Shown: one piece after another, positions 1 to 8,368 of the stretch | Layout of the letters: each line of letters opens with the position of its first letter | Numbering within the stretch: the first letter of the stretch is position 1 | Source of the DNA: an uncultured Tissierellia bacterium | GTDB lineage: Bacteria; Bacillota; Clostridia; Tissierellales; Peptoniphilaceae | Length of the DNA stretch: 27,092 nucleotides | Assembly: GCA_947278105.1 (NCBI GenBank) | Contig: CAMYOR010000001.1 | Coordinates: 1 to 27,092 of the forward strand | Direction of reading: 5' to 3' | Notes under the pieces: model-generated | Databases searched by the model: none | What the model saw: only the letters and a program-made list of their open reading frames with translations | Told to the model about the DNA's origin: nothing | Position numbers and translations under genes: made by a program

Positions 1-44
1 CACCTCTCTATTCGTCGGCAGCGTCAGATGTGTATAAGAGACAG
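1..44 (+). other. Sequencing artefact: Illumina Nextera i5 adapter (end of P5, index CTCTCTAT, Tn5 mosaic end)
   Basis: CAC (1-3), CTCTCTAT (4-11), TCGTCGGCAGCGTC (12-25) and AGATGTGTATAAGAGACAG (26-44) match the Nextera read-1 adapter exactly; on the minus strand it translates as LSLIHI*. Confidence 0.98.
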
Positions 45-665
45 GATGTAGACATCCAGGTGTTTTCCGTAGGTGCCTTTGTCATACACCTTGCCGAATC
101 TTCCGAAGGGGGTTGGAAAGACGGTGCCCCGGGGAGTGGATGAGGCAAGGACGATATAGCCATCTTCATCCACTACGTAGCCTTCTTCATCGAGATGACG
201 GCCGGGGATGGAAAGGCCGTTTCCTGGCAGGACGGACTGGGAATAAAAGGTGTATTGGTAACCTTCCCAGCGGATGACCCCTAAGTATTTGAACTGGGCC
301 AGGGAGTATACTTTTTCGGATAGGACCGGGTCCGGTTCAGAAGGGGTCTTTTCCTCTTCTTTGATGAGGACGGGGCTTTGATCCGTTTCTATCTCTCCTC
401 CTTTGATTCGGGGGACCAGGATGGAATCCTCGCCTGTATCAATGAAACGGGCATCCTTGGCGCCGGAGGGTGGCCAGGAGCTTTCTTGCCAAGGGATGGA
501 AACCGGCCAATCCTCCTTCCCGAGAGAGGGGGCCAAAGCGGATGCTCCCTTCGGTACACCTGCAAAGGGACTCCCTAAAAGCAGACTAAGGGTCAGCGTA
601 AGGACAAACAAAAAGGCAGCTTTTATCCTGCCCAAAGATTTTTCATTTTTCGACTTGTTATTCAC
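45..665 (-). CDS. Secreted or membrane-anchored protein with C-terminal 3D-domain-like (cell-wall lytic transglycosylase-like) fold; 3' end cut by the adapter
   Basis: GTG start with GGAGG RBS; basic N-terminus then hydrophobic signal/TM segment; C-terminus IVLAS..PRGTVFPTPFGRFGKVYDKG..HLDVYI resembles the 3D motif. The true stop codon is not visible. Confidence 0.65.
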
Positions 666-729
666 ATTTCCTCCTTGCTGGTCAAGCAGTTGCTGAAAAA
701 TTAATGAAAGGTTAGTTCCCTTTCATTTT

Positions 730-746
730 TGTAAAGGCTTTGTAAC
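730..746 (+). promoter_or_regulatory. Putative WalR (YycF)-type binding box
   Basis: TGTAAA-ggctt-TGTAAC fits TGTWAH-N5-TGTWAH exactly, 65 bp upstream of a putative cell-wall enzyme gene. Confidence 0.55.
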
Positions 747-760
747 CAGACATGGGCACT

Positions 761-788
761 ATGATAACACGTCGAAAGGAAAATGCAA
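761..788 (-). promoter_or_regulatory. Candidate sigma-A promoter of the 3D-domain gene
   Basis: Minus strand TTGCAT (788-783), 16-nt spacer ending in TGT, TATCAT (766-761): an extended -10. Confidence 0.35.
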
Positions 789-885
789 ATTTTTTTGAAT
801 ATTATTTTTTTTACAAGAGATCAAACGTTGACTTTAAAGCCTTTTGATGGATTCGAAAATGGTTATTCTTTGTCTTTCTGTTTTT

Positions 886-1761
886 TTATTCATTTTCACT
901 TTCGGTCTCCTCCCCCAGGGGCCCGTTTTTCCCATGAATCAGCCATTGGTAGAGGGTGTTGCGGCCAAGCCCACTTGCGGTGGCAAGGTCCCGGGCGATC
1001 TGCTTGGTAGATTTTCCCTGGCCCTCTAATTCTTCTGCCTGATCCTTCAGGGTTTCCAGGGTCCAGTTTTGGCCCCCGTCTGATTCCTGGGCAGGGCCAA
1101 TAAGCAGGACAAACTCCCCCTTTTCTGTGATGGAAAGATCCGAAGCTTCCTTTCCTTTGAAGGAGATTCGCTCTTCAAAGGCCTTGGTCCATTCCCGGCA
1201 GAGGACAAAATCTCTTTCTGGCCAGCGGGCTCCAAGCTCTTGCACTGTTTTCAGGATCCTTCTGGGCGATTCATATAGGATTGCGGTCCAAGGGGCTTGG
1301 TCCAGGCGGGCAAGGATTTTTTCCCGGTCGGTCCCTTTTCTTGGAAGAAAGCCGAGAAAGAGAAAGGTTCCATCGCCCAAACCAGAGGCGACATAGGCCG
1401 TAAGACCAGCGGATGGACCGGGCAGGACCGTACAAGGAAGGCCTTCTTCCAGGCACCGCTGGTAGACAAGGGCACCGGGGTCGGAAATGGCAGGCATCCC
1501 GGCGTCCGAAACCAGACAGACAAGTTTTCCCTGGCGGACCGCTTCTAGGAGCTGGTCCGCCCGGGCTCTTTCATTGTGCTCGAAATTGGAAACCAGTGGA
1601 ACATGGATCCCATAATAATCCAAAAGGGGGCCTGTATGCCGGGTATCTTCGCAGGCAACAAGGTCCGCTTCTTTTAAAAGACGAAGGGCACGCAGGGTGA
1701 TATCTTCCCGGTTTCCAATCGGGGTGGGGATCAGGGCTAAGAGGCCGGTTTTTTCATTCAT
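886..1761 (-). CDS. rsmI: 16S rRNA (cytidine1402-2'-O)-methyltransferase
   Basis: Motifs PTPIGNREDITLRA, ACEDTRHT, LVSDAGMPAISDPG, YESPRR, CREWTKAFEE, KGEFVL; usual position downstream of tmk-holB-yaaT. Confidence 0.95.
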   Translation of the reverse strand: MNEKTGLLALIPTPIGNREDITLRALRLLKEADLVACEDTRHTGPLLDYYGIHVPLVSNFEHNERARADQLLEAVRQGKLVCLVSDAGMPAISDPGALVYQRCLEEGLPCTVLPGPSAGLTAYVASGLGDGTFLFLGFLPRKGTDREKILARLDQAPWTAILYESPRRILKTVQELGARWPERDFVLCREWTKAFEERISFKGKEASDLSITEKGEFVLLIGPAQESDGGQNWTLETLKDQAEELEGQGKSTKQIARDLATASGLGRNTLYQWLIHGKNGPLGEETESENE

Positions 1762-1852
1762 GCCAGGATCCTTTCTTCCAAACGTTCGTTAAGAATTTAT
1801 CAAAACAGCCTTCCAATTGAGGATTTACAGTGGAAATTATGATAAAAACAAT

Positions 1853-1878
1853 AAAAAAAGGGCTCCCTGAGGGAGCCC
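1853..1878 (-). terminator. Rho-independent terminator of the ferredoxin gene
   Basis: 8-bp stem GGGCTCCC/GGGAGCCC followed by T7 on the minus strand, 20 nt after the stop. Confidence 0.85.
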
Positions 1879-1897
1879 TCTTCTGCCTTGGAAACGA

Positions 1898-2071
1898 TTA
1901 TTCCTGAGAAATGGAATCGGTTGGGCAGCAACCAGCACAAGCGCCGCAGTCAATGCAGGTATCTGCATTGATGACGTATGCGTTATCTCCCTCGGAGATG
2001 GAGCCGGTTGGGCACTCACCCTTGCAGGTGCCACAAGAAATACAAGTATCGGGATTGATCTGATAAGCCAT
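1898..2071 (-). CDS. Clostridial-type 2[4Fe-4S] ferredoxin, 57 aa (not in the ORF track)
   Basis: Manual translation MAYQINPDTCISCGTCKGECPTGSISEGDNAYVINADTCIDCGACAGCCPTDSISQE*; two CxxCxxCxxxCP motifs; AGGAGG RBS. Confidence 0.96.
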   Translation of the reverse strand: MAYQINPDTCISCGTCKGECPTGSISEGDNAYVINADTCIDCGACAGCCPTDSISQE

Positions 2072-2135
2072 AGTTTCCTCCTGAATTTCGAATTTTAATG
2101 AGTAATGATAAGCAACTCATTAGCTTTCAGTCTAC

Positions 2136-2163
2136 ATTATACAACGCCAATGGGTGATGTCAA
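2136..2163 (-). promoter_or_regulatory. Consensus sigma-A promoter of the ferredoxin gene
   Basis: TTGACA (2163-2158), 16-nt spacer, TATAAT (2141-2136). Confidence 0.8.
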
Positions 2164-2196
2164 GCAGGGTTTTGTCTAAAAATAGCCATTTTCCTT

Positions 2197-3465
2197 TTAT
2201 CTTTTTCTGGGCGGCCGCCTTCCCCGGCGGATCCGGGGTTTTCCGCGGCCCTTAAGGCCATAGGGCTTCTCATAGGAAGGGTCTGTCTCCTCCAGGCGGA
2301 AAGGATTTTCCTCGGTCTCGGCCTCTTCCCTTTCCTCCTCTGCGGCCTCCTCCATTGTCCATTCCTCTTGTCTTTGCGGGCAGCAGGGGCAGCAGGGGGA
2401 AAGGTCCCCGGGTCTAAGGTCCATGGCATCGAAGCCGCTGGCTTCCGCTTCTAGGTCCATGGCTTCGGTATCGAAGTCGCTGGTATCGGCTTCTTGGTCC
2501 ATGGCTTCGGTATCGAAATCACTGGCATCGGCTTCAGCGTCCGGGTCAGATCCCTCTTTTTGCAGTCGCTGGGCCTTTTTTTCACCCTCGCTGATAAAGA
2601 CATGGCCATCCAAATTGGTCCAAGGCTGGGGCCGAGGATGTCCTTTTTGCCGTTTTTCCAGGATTTCAATGGAATCGACATCGTAATATTTCTCATCTTC
2701 CGTGCCGTCTGCCTTGTAAATCCGGGCCCGGACCCGGGACTGAAGAACATCCCGGTCGACCACATGGCCCTGGCCATCCTCGGTGAGGATCAGGGTTCCA
2801 TTGCGGGGGACCTTCTTAGTGTTGGCCTCATAATGGTCTTGCTCGTAGTTGAGGCAGCACATCAGCCGGCCGCAGAGGCCGGAGATTTTCGTGGGGTTTA
2901 AGGAAAGGCCCTGGGTTTTTGCCATTTTAATGGAAACGGACATAAAGTGGCAGAGATACCGGCGGCAGCAGATTTCCTGGCCGCAGGGGCCGATTCCGCC
3001 CAGAGTCTTTGCCTGGTCTCGGATCCCGATCTGGCGAAGCTCAATGCGGGTGTGAAAATTCTGGGCCAGGTCCCGGACCAGCTTTCTGAAATCGACCCGC
3101 TTGTTGGCTGTGAAATAAAAAAGAAGGATGGACCGGTCAAAGGTGTATTCGGCGCCCACCACCTTCATTTGCAAATTGTTTTCGCTGACCTTTCGGGTGC
3201 AAAATTCCAGGGCTTCTTGGGCCATTTTCTTGTTTTCTTCGATTCTTTCCCGGTCCTGGTCGGTCACTCGGCGAAGAATGGGACGGATATTCTCCGGGAG
3301 AGCGTGAGGGTCACAGTCGAAATTGCCGAGGGTAACCTGGCCGTATTCAATTCCCCGGTCCGTTTGGACAATAACCAGGTCATTGACCTGGATTTTTTCT
3401 CCCTGGGGATCAAAGAACATCATCCGTCCGGATTCCTTGAAGTGGACTCCGATGATTTCTGTCAT
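2197..3465 (-). CDS. ricT: PSP1-domain protein RicT/YaaT with a long low-complexity C-terminal tail
   Basis: Motifs FYFTANKRVDFRKLVRDLA, RIELRQIGIRD, GGIGPCGQEICC, SLNPTKISGLCGRLMCCLNYE; follows holB. Confidence 0.92.
   Translation of the reverse strand: MTEIIGVHFKESGRMMFFDPQGEKIQVNDLVIVQTDRGIEYGQVTLGNFDCDPHALPENIRPILRRVTDQDRERIEENKKMAQEALEFCTRKVSENNLQMKVVGAEYTFDRSILLFYFTANKRVDFRKLVRDLAQNFHTRIELRQIGIRDQAKTLGGIGPCGQEICCRRYLCHFMSVSIKMAKTQGLSLNPTKISGLCGRLMCCLNYEQDHYEANTKKVPRNGTLILTEDGQGHVVDRDVLQSRVRARIYKADGTEDEKYYDVDSIEILEKRQKGHPRPQPWTNLDGHVFISEGEKKAQRLQKEGSDPDAEADASDFDTEAMDQEADTSDFDTEAMDLEAEASGFDAMDLRPGDLSPCCPCCPQRQEEWTMEEAAEEEREEAETEENPFRLEETDPSYEKPYGLKGRGKPRIRRGRRPPRKR
2419..2542. repeat. 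In-frame tandem repeat (two 42-bp units and one 36-bp unit) in the ricT tail
   Basis: GTCCATGGC recurs at 2419, 2455 and 2497; encodes EADASDFDTEAMDQ / EADTSDFDTEAMDL / EAEASGFDAMDL. Confidence 0.9.
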
Positions 3466-3483
3466 AGTTCCTCCTGTTTTCTT

Positions 3484-4422
3484 CTATCGGTTTAAGCGAG
3501 AAAGGCGCAATGCCAAGCCTTCCACGGCGAATTGAAAGTTGATGTTTACTGCCAGAAGCTGGCGGATTTTTTCCGTTTCTTCGATGGCCATGCCAATCTC
3601 TGCAGGGCTTCGGCGGCCTGCTATTTTTTCCATGGACCTTTTCCACGAAGGGGGAAGGATCTCTTCCCTGGAAAAACTTCCCTGCAGGCTTTTTTCTAAG
3701 AGGGCCTGGAGGTAAAAAAGCCAAAGGGAGAAAAATTCTTCTTTTTTCTCCTTCCAGGCATCCCAGGGGTCTTTTTGCAAAAATATTTCTTCTCCCCTGC
3801 CGGCAAGAGCATCTTCAATCAGGGAAAGGAAGGCGGGGTCCTGGAAAAAAGCCGAATCTTCAAAAAGAGAAGCTTCATTCACCCCAGCCCCTCTTCCCAG
3901 GGCCAGGATCCGGCACCGGGACTGGATGGTGGGAAGCAGCTTCGATCGGTTTTGGGTTCCCAAAATCCAGACCAGGTAAGAAGGAGGCTCCTCCAGGGAC
4001 TTTAAAAGGGCGTTTTGAGCGGGGGCCAGCATTTCTCCTGCCTTTTCCAGATAAAAAACCTTGTACTTGCTTTCGATAGGAATGCGAAAAACCTGATTTT
4101 TAAGTTCCCGAACCCGGTCGATTGGAATCTTCTCTCCTCTTTCCAGCACTAGGTCCGGACAGGCTCCCAGAGAAAAGTTTTGGGGGTCAGCCTTTCCAAA
4201 ATCGAGTAGAATCCTCCGGATGAGCGCCTGGGAAAGCTGACGAACTCTTTCTTCTGTCCCTTCTAGAAGAAAGGCGTGGCTGAGGTGATCTTCTTCGAAG
4301 AAAAGGCCCGATTCTTTTAAAAGCCGGCGATCTTTTTCAGGGTCCTTGGGGAGGGCGAAAAAATCAAGGTTTTCGCTATTCCTCCCGGGCAACGAGGAGC
4401 CGGCCGGTTTTGAGGCGGCCAT
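3484..4422 (-). CDS. holB: DNA polymerase III delta-prime subunit
   Basis: Motifs LSHAFLLEG, IPIDRVREL, AQNALLKSLEEPP, LLPTIQSRC; synteny tmk-darA-holB-ricT. Confidence 0.9.
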   Translation of the reverse strand: MAASKPAGSSLPGRNSENLDFFALPKDPEKDRRLLKESGLFFEEDHLSHAFLLEGTEERVRQLSQALIRRILLDFGKADPQNFSLGACPDLVLERGEKIPIDRVRELKNQVFRIPIESKYKVFYLEKAGEMLAPAQNALLKSLEEPPSYLVWILGTQNRSKLLPTIQSRCRILALGRGAGVNEASLFEDSAFFQDPAFLSLIEDALAGRGEEIFLQKDPWDAWKEKKEEFFSLWLFYLQALLEKSLQGSFSREEILPPSWKRSMEKIAGRRSPAEIGMAIEETEKIRQLLAVNINFQFAVEGLALRLSRLNR

Positions 4423-4430
4423 TTTGTTCC

Positions 4431-4757
4431 CTAAAGCCGGTACATGGCGTCAATGTCCAGCTGGAATACCGTTGCTCCGCCCACCTCAACCTTAACGGGA
4501 AGACTGGTGTAAATGCTGGCGTCCAGCCCCGGGTTGACCATGGGGGCAATGGTCGTTCTTCTTGAGCAGTTGCGGCGGATAATGTCCAGGGCAACGTTGA
4601 TCTGATCGTTGTCCACCCCTAAAAAGAGGGTGGTATTGCCCTTCTTCAGGAAACCGCCGGTTGAAGAAAGCTTGGTTACGCGGAAGGATTTGTCGACAAA
4701 TTCTTCCATTAAAATATCCACATCATCGTCCTGGACGACACAAATGAGCAGCTTCAT
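4431..4757 (-). CDS. darA: PII-like cyclic di-AMP receptor DarA/PstA (YaaQ), 108 aa
   Basis: Start reassigned to MKLLICVVQDDD (GGAGG RBS); TKLSSTGGFLKKGNTTLFLGV and VEVGGATVF motifs; overlaps the 3' end of tmk by 35 nt. Confidence 0.93.
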   Translation of the reverse strand: MKLLICVVQDDDVDILMEEFVDKSFRVTKLSSTGGFLKKGNTTLFLGVDNDQINVALDIIRRNCSRRTTIAPMVNPGLDASIYTSLPVKVEVGGATVFQLDIDAMYRL

Positions 4758-5379
4758 CTTTTTCCTCCAAAAGGTTCTTGATGGCCTCCCAGGCCTCGGC
4801 AATCACTTTTTCCGGGGGCTGGTTCGCATTGATTCGCACGACATTTTTGCTCTTGGCAATTTCTTTTTCATAGCCCTCTTTGACCCGAAAAAAGAAGTCG
4901 TCTCCGGCTTCTTCCAGCCGGTCTTTTTCTCCTTCTTCCCCCTTGCGGGAGAGGACTTTGAGGGGATCGACATCTAAATACAGGATCAAATCGGGTTCCA
5001 GGGCCCGGGTGGCGAAATTATTCACCATCTTTACGGGATCCCGGCCCAGCTTTCGCCCATAGCCCTGGTAGGCAAGGGAGCTTAGGACATACCTTTCGGT
5101 AAAAACATGGATGCCTTTTTCTAGGTGGGGAAGGATCCTTTCTTCGGTATGCTGGGCCCGGGAGGCCGCATAGAGCAGGGCCTCACACCGGGGATCCATT
5201 TCGGCATTTTCCTTATCTAAGATGATTTCCCGAATTTTTTCTGCCAGGGGGGTCCCTCCGGGCTCCCGGGTAAAGTCGATGGCGATGCCGGCTTTTTCGG
5301 CTTCTTTTTTCAGTCCTTCGACCACGGTGGATTTTCCGGATCCGTCGGACCCTTCCAAGCTGATAAAACAGCCTCTCAT
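4723..5379 (-). CDS. tmk: Thymidylate kinase
   Basis: FISLEGSDGSGKST P-loop, TREPGGT, LLYAASRAQH, ERYVLSSLAYQG, DRLE. Confidence 0.96.
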   Translation of the reverse strand: MRGCFISLEGSDGSGKSTVVEGLKKEAEKAGIAIDFTREPGGTPLAEKIREIILDKENAEMDPRCEALLYAASRAQHTEERILPHLEKGIHVFTERYVLSSLAYQGYGRKLGRDPVKMVNNFATRALEPDLILYLDVDPLKVLSRKGEEGEKDRLEEAGDDFFFRVKEGYEKEIAKSKNVVRINANQPPEKVIAEAWEAIKNLLEEKDEAAHLCRPGR

Positions 5380-5532
5380 AAGCGCCTCGCTTCTTTTTCT
5401 TTTGATTTTATTATTTTACCACAGGGAAGGAGAAAGCAGGCAAAGGCCTCCTCCGCCCTGGCCCATGCCTTCGGTCCTTGTCTTTTCTGGGGCTTTGTTG
5501 GGAGGGCCTGGGTTAAAAGTCCTTGAAGAGGA

Positions 5533-7590
5533 TTAAGAAAGATCCTCTTTGATCTTTTGAATCTGGGCCTGGTAAAGGGAGCCCTCGGTATCAGAGGGCA
5601 TGACCCAGCCGCCCCGGGGGGAGAGGCTGACTAGACCGATGGAAGGGCCGTCCGGTGAGCAGGACCGCTTAAACTGGCTGGAAAAAAATCGTTTGAAAAA
5701 GATTTCCATGGTCCTGAGGATTTCCTGAGGATCCCTTTCTGGAAAAGCCGCCCTGGCGTATTCCAAAAGCTTTTCCGGCCCGAACCCATAGGTGATGAAG
5801 TAGTAGAGGAAAAAGTCATGGTATTCGTAGGGGCCAATGATTTTTTCCGTTTCCTGGCTGATTTCTCCTTTTTGCGGGGGAAGGAGCTCGGGAGAAACAG
5901 GGGTTTCGATGATCTCTGTAAGAAGGGTCTTTATCTCGGGAAGCCGCCTGGCCTCGGACCAAACCAGGGCGCGGACCAGGGTCTTGGGGATGGACTGGTT
6001 GACCCCGTAGGAGGAGATATGATCCCCGTTATAGGTGGCCCATCCCAAGGCAATTTCACTCAGATCCCCGGTCCCGACGACCAGGCCCCCATAGAGATTG
6101 GAGAGGTCAAAGAGGATCTGGGTCCTTTCCCGGGCCTGAGCATTTTCAAAGGCGACAGAATGGTCGCCTTCCTTTAGGCCAATATCCTCAAAATGGACTT
6201 CCATTGCCCGATGGAGGGGGATTTCTCGAAAGTCCACTCCCAGGCCCTTTCCCAGTTTCCAGGCATTGTCATGGGTCTTATCCGAAGTGCCAAAGGAAGG
6301 AAGGGTGACGGCGTGGATCTTTTTCCGATCCAGGCCCAGGATTTCCACCGCCCGGACGCAGACCAGAAGGGCCAGGGTGGAATCCAGGCCCCCGGAAAGG
6401 CCGATCCAGAGGTCTTCTGAGCCTGTGGCCTGGATTCTTTTGCACAGGCCCAGGGCCTGAAGGGTCAAAATGTCCTGAAGGTCTTCCTCCCGGTCCGGGA
6501 TAAAGGGGGTGGGACTGATTTTTCGCACTGTATTTGGATGGACAGGGGCCGGGCTTCCCTCGGCCAGCTCTAAAGAAAAGGAGCCAATGGGGCTTTCTTT
6601 ATGGCGGGCTTGAAGGGCTATCTCTTCCTCACTCCTCTCCCAGCCCCTTTGAGCTAGGGCCCTTTCCCGATTTTTTCGGATGATTTCAAGGTTTAGGTCG
6701 GTAAAGATCAAGTCTAAAGGTTCGGGTTGGCCCCCTATTTTTTCTTCGTGGCTGGCCAGGAGATTTCCCGAGCAAAGGGAAAGGCCGGATTCCGGGAAAA
6801 AGTCGAGTTCCTCTTCCCCGGTCCCTGCCACTTTCTCCGAGTCCAGGCCGACCAAGCTTGATTTTTTAAGGGTTTTTCCGGATTCCATCAGGTAGGTTTC
6901 CCCGCAATATACCTGATCTCCGGTCGATTCTCCCAGGCCTGCCGAAGCGTAGGCCAGGCCAAAGCCCCGGGCAGAGAGGGCCCTTAATGCAGTTTCTCTT
7001 CGGGCGGCCTGGCCCAGGGCCCAGGGGGCGGCGGCCGGAAGAAGAATGAGGTCCACCCCTTCTTCCTGAGCCCAATCGGCCCGGTATCCGCTTTGAAGGT
7101 CCGATTCAAAAAAAAGGGCCATCTTTACCCCGGCCCAGGTAAAGGAGGCTGAGGAGGGAAGAAAAACTAGGTCTTCGGATAGGAGGGTCGGATCCTTCAG
7201 GGGCTGGAAGGTCCGGCTGCCATGAATGGAAGAGCCGGCAGGAAAGCTGGTTCTTGCCAGCAAAACCTCTACCCTTCCCTTGTAGATCCCGGCCATGGCC
7301 GAGTAAATCTTTTCCTCCACCTTTATGGGAAGGCCGACAAAATACAGGATTTCGAGTTTTTTCGTCTGGGCGGCGAGGGCAAAGAGGGCTTTTTTTGCCT
7401 GGTCCAGGAGGGCCTCCTCCCGGTACCGGTCGCCCAGACTGGCTCCGGTCAGAGAAAGCTCGGGAAAAAGGGCCAGGTCAACTTCCCGGCCGGTGAGCTC
7501 GGAGAGGATCCGGGCAATTTCCTTTTGATTTTCATCGGGATTGGCCAGCCTTACCCGGGGGCTTGCGGCGGCGGTGCGTAACCAGGTCAT
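5533..7590 (-). CDS. nadE: Two-domain NAD+ synthetase (nitrilase-like domain plus synthetase); glutaminase site degenerate
   Basis: IGLSGGLDSTLAL, FENAQARERTQ, GTGDLSEIALGWATYNGDH, SPELLP, QFKRSCSPDGP; N-terminal FPELSLTG. Confidence 0.93.
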   Translation of the reverse strand: MTWLRTAAASPRVRLANPDENQKEIARILSELTGREVDLALFPELSLTGASLGDRYREEALLDQAKKALFALAAQTKKLEILYFVGLPIKVEEKIYSAMAGIYKGRVEVLLARTSFPAGSSIHGSRTFQPLKDPTLLSEDLVFLPSSASFTWAGVKMALFFESDLQSGYRADWAQEEGVDLILLPAAAPWALGQAARRETALRALSARGFGLAYASAGLGESTGDQVYCGETYLMESGKTLKKSSLVGLDSEKVAGTGEEELDFFPESGLSLCSGNLLASHEEKIGGQPEPLDLIFTDLNLEIIRKNRERALAQRGWERSEEEIALQARHKESPIGSFSLELAEGSPAPVHPNTVRKISPTPFIPDREEDLQDILTLQALGLCKRIQATGSEDLWIGLSGGLDSTLALLVCVRAVEILGLDRKKIHAVTLPSFGTSDKTHDNAWKLGKGLGVDFREIPLHRAMEVHFEDIGLKEGDHSVAFENAQARERTQILFDLSNLYGGLVVGTGDLSEIALGWATYNGDHISSYGVNQSIPKTLVRALVWSEARRLPEIKTLLTEIIETPVSPELLPPQKGEISQETEKIIGPYEYHDFFLYYFITYGFGPEKLLEYARAAFPERDPQEILRTMEIFFKRFFSSQFKRSCSPDGPSIGLVSLSPRGGWVMPSDTEGSLYQAQIQKIKEDLS

Positions 7591-8156
7591 GGGGTCTGTT
7601 CTCCTTGCTGTTCACTCGTTTCTTGGCTTCCCAGGGGTCGGGGATTTAATAGGGGGGCGTAAACCCAGCCTTCCAGGGTCTTTCCCCCGGCTTTTGTAAT
7701 GGTTCCGCGGACCCAGATGACTTCTCCCGTGAGGCGGGCATCGGTGACGGCAATCTCATCGCCTTGGGTGGCCATCCCATTGGAGGGATTATCTTTCCCC
7801 GGCTGGGTCCGGACGTTGGCATTGGCATTAAAGGCAAAGGTCTTATCCTTCCAGGAATCGGGATCCTCCATGGTCGCTTGGCCGGGAACCGTCGTCGGAA
7901 GCTCCTCAAGGAGCGTATCTCCGTTTTCCTTGGGTTCCAGAGGCTTTTGATCTTCCTCGGTGGTTTGGACGGTCTTTTTCTTCTCTTTAGGCTCTATCGA
8001 TTCTCCGGACATGGCGTTGATAAAAATATCGGATCCCAGGAAGATTAGGCCCAGGATCACCATGACCAGGACGACCGCGGTCATCGTGACTTTAAAGGGG
8101 CGGCTCCCCTCGTCATAGTCATAGTCGTCGTCATAGGGCTGGTAATTTCTTGTCAT
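7587..8156 (-). CDS. Single-pass membrane protein with C-terminal bacterial SH3-like domain, 189 aa
   Basis: Start reassigned to MTRNYQ (AAGGAG RBS); one TM helix; ANVRTQPG...WVRG...EGWV is SH3b-like; ATGA overlap with nadE. Confidence 0.7.
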   Translation of the reverse strand: MTRNYQPYDDDYDYDEGSRPFKVTMTAVVLVMVILGLIFLGSDIFINAMSGESIEPKEKKKTVQTTEEDQKPLEPKENGDTLLEELPTTVPGQATMEDPDSWKDKTFAFNANANVRTQPGKDNPSNGMATQGDEIAVTDARLTGEVIWVRGTITKAGGKTLEGWVYAPLLNPRPLGSQETSEQQGEQTP

Positions 8157-8368
8157 TTCTGCTCCTTTATGCAAAATGGTTCGCCGAAGAGGGTGAAATT
8201 TTTTCATTCTTTTCTGTATTTGAATTTTATCATAGAATGAAAAAGAGGACTTTGAAAGGTGATATAATTAACAAAGGTCATCGTTTTTATAATTATACGT
8301 TCATGAATATCCATATTTGCTTGATTTTCGGGTCATCGGCCCCGCCGGGAAAGAGAGGAGTTTTTCAA

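Noticed and set aside
26..44. Tn5/IS50 mosaic end as a real transposon end
   Set aside because: It is embedded in the full Nextera adapter with an index, and no transposase is present.
1837..2034. 65-aa ORF from the track
   Set aside because: Alternative frame over the ferredoxin gene, running through its terminator.
2419..2542. Tandem repeats as a CRISPR array
   Set aside because: No unique spacers, in-frame within ricT, and no cas genes.
8150..8368. 73-aa N-terminal extension of GlgB
   Set aside because: AT-rich intergenic DNA; the RBS supports the ATG at 8369.
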